42,226 nucleotides of DNA from Desulfobacteraceae bacterium (lineage in GTDB: Bacteria; Desulfobacterota; Desulfobacteria; Desulfobacterales; JAJDOA01): the NCBI GenBank assembly GCA_022340405.1, contig JAJDOA010000273.1, positions 1 to 42,226 on the forward strand. Reading direction: 5' to 3'. Position numbers and translations under genes: made by a program. The notes under the pieces are model-generated. The model searched no databases and had not been told where the DNA came from. It saw only the letters and a list, made by a program, of their open reading frames with translations. This document shows, piece after piece, positions 41,601-42,226 of the stretch (position 1 is the first letter of the stretch; each line of letters begins with the position of its first letter).

Positions 41601-42226
41601 CAGGCCGGTTGCCGAAACCCGTACGATATCGAACGAAACCATGAAAGAGTCCCAACTACACCATTCGATCCCTTCACAGCCGACGGTTTCCGAATCCGTG
41701 TCGGATGCGATGTCCACGATCCAGGAAGGTCTTCGCTCTCTACAGACCCTCCAGCACCAGACGGCCGAAGCCCACCGGATGTTTTTGGAGAACCAGACCG
41801 AGATCAGCCGTAACATCCAGGCCCTGATGCAGCAGGCCGGAACCCTGGCCGGATGGTCCGCCTCACCGGAGGAGCGCTCTACGGCGCCTGCCCCCGAAAG
41901 ACCGGAAAGGCGGCGGCCTGCGCTCCAACCGGAAGGAATCCGACAGCCTGTCCCCGTCGCCGATGTACCGGTTGCAGCAGTCCCGGAGACACTGCCTCCA
42001 CCCGCTTCGCAACCGGGACAGACGCGAACCGCTGCACAAGAAGTGCCGCCGCCGCAACCGGAGACGCCGGCAAGCTCTTCCGTGCCGACGGCCCTGAAGG
42101 CGGTGGTCTCCGAGCTCACCGGGTATCCGGAGGAAATGCTCTCTGCCGACATGGATATCGAGGCCGACCTGGGCATCGACTCCATCAAGCGTGTGGAGAT
42201 CCTGTCCACCCTCGAGGAGCGCGTGC
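38650..42226 (+). CDS. pfaA: PfaA-like polyketide/PUFA-synthase subunit, 5' partial (KS - malonyl-CoA:ACP acyltransferase - Pro/Ala-rich linker - start of first ACP); continues beyond the window
   Basis: I translated this by hand; it is not in the ORF track because it has no stop in the window.
- KS: VAVIGIGCFFPG; VVDAACASS (Cys210, nt 39277-39279); EAHGTGT; KSMIGHTKAAAG.
- AT: AFLFPGQGSQY; GHSFGE (Ser682, nt 40693-40695); AAFHSPL.
- ACP: DLGIDSIKRVEILS (Ser1178, nt 42181-42183). Confidence 0.9.
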   Translation, partial: MKNSTQNGSPVAVIGIGCFFPGSPGLKPFWQLLFRERDAITDVPPSHWSREDYFDEDPKRPDHVYCSRGGFLSPVAFDPSEYGIPPSNLQATDTSQLLGLAAAKAALEDAGYGDDRDFDRDRTSVVLGVTGTQELVIPLGARLGHPIWRRALHEAGVAPETAETVIQGISDAYVPWQENAFPGLLGNVVAGRICNRLDFGGTNCVVDAACASSMGAIHLAMLELETARSNMVVTGGVDAINDIFMHMCFAKTQILSPTGNARPFSRDADGTVLGEGIGILIFKRLADAERDGDRIYAVIRGIGSASDGRSQSIYAPRVQGQTKALRRAYEKAGVDPASVGLIEAHGTGTRVGDAVEFRALRDHFGKVAAGDNRCAVGAVKSMIGHTKAAAGAAGLIKAVLALHHKVLPPTLKISEPDPGLELEDSPFYLNTRLRPWMNDGLTPRRAGVSAFGFGGSNYHVVLEEYRPEKSEISWDGSVEILAFSGANPEQVRQRVRSFQKDLRQIGDLDAAAHQAGGTRKSFSHRDPCRLTLVAPVRGDVGDLRDDWLRRLDAARKRLSDAPPRSEDSDGEVFLAQGDVPGGLAFLFPGQGSQYLYMGRDVLCMFPQAMECLACADEIAGGDDRLSDRIYPIPAFKPEHASMQENRLRETQTAQPAIGAVSAAMLAVLHYFGVEPDAVAGHSFGELTALYAAGRISERDFHRLAATRGRIMHEAAGGRRQDAGAMLAVNAPLERLASLVENETETLVLANRNSPKQGVFSGSSAAVSRLEERCREQGLPAVRLPVAAAFHSPLLGSAGAAFGKELGNVSFREGSIPVFANTTAAVYPDDPSEAKRILAEQIRHPLDFVGMVEALYAAGCRTFVEVGPGSVLSGLVRRILEGRPSVAAALDPAAGKRSGTTDLAAVLCRLASMGYPIRLEHWEKLAATPRKRRMNIPLSGANYRPEGSAGESRPSSYAAAAATPLRNTDLQNPVIEKNPTVPAPPRPVAETRTISNETMKESQLHHSIPSQPTVSESVSDAMSTIQEGLRSLQTLQHQTAEAHRMFLENQTEISRNIQALMQQAGTLAGWSASPEERSTAPAPERPERRRPALQPEGIRQPVPVADVPVAAVPETLPPPASQPGQTRTAAQEVPPPQPETPASSSVPTALKAVVSELTGYPEEMLSADMDIEADLGIDSIKRVEILSTLEERV

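Noticed and set aside
39412-41655. Minus-strand ORFs 39412..40221 (269 aa) and 40321..41655 (444 aa), plus 41514..42209, which are the only sizeable track entries over the last 3.5 kb.
   Set aside because: They are antisense to the open-ended plus-strand frame, which encodes textbook KS, AT and ACP motifs. The track omits that real gene only because it has no stop codon inside the window.

Overview
A high-G+C bacterial chromosomal window. Gene content and style suggest an anaerobic Desulfobacterota-like (deltaproteobacterial) organism; that attribution is inference only. All calls come from reading the supplied translations for family-specific motifs; no searches were run.

Most of the window is housekeeping.
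- Plus strand, overlapping starts and stops: maf, yggS, queH, M48 protease.
- Long minus-strand block: mutS, an AMIN/amidase_3 cell-wall amidase, a crotonase, a small membrane protein, and a GAF-GspE-type ATPase.
- Second minus-strand block: TPR/LysM lipoprotein, LolB-like lipoprotein, ATP-grasp, HD/dGTPase-like protein, UPF0280, LapA-like protein.
- Others: an rpoH-like sigma factor, tRNA-Leu(UAA), tRNA-Arg(UCU), mnmA-mtaB, a polar amino-acid ABC importer lacking an ATPase gene, and pepP-xerD.

The region that stands out is 32.1 to 42.2 kb.
- A PfaD-family enoyl reductase is tightly coupled to a clostridial (FAD/FAD, bifurcating-type) etfB-etfA pair.
- A hairpin and a long-form acyl-CoA dehydrogenase follow.
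- Next comes a divergently oriented MerR-like HTH gene and an AT-rich intergenic region carrying a thrice-repeated TATCATAT motif.
- Last is a PfaA-like KS-AT-ACP megasynthase ORF (38650 to the window end). It is missing from the supplied ORF track because it has no stop inside the window.

This layout differs from the canonical pfaABCD arrangement. It is my best candidate for an undescribed secondary-lipid or polyketide system, but the downstream half of the locus is not visible.

A PlsC-type acyltransferase fused to an alpha/beta hydrolase (21.5 to 23.7 kb) may be functionally related. Many long ORFs in the track are antisense shadow ORFs typical of GC-rich DNA and were rejected. I found no CRISPR array, transposase, prophage or recognisable defence system.
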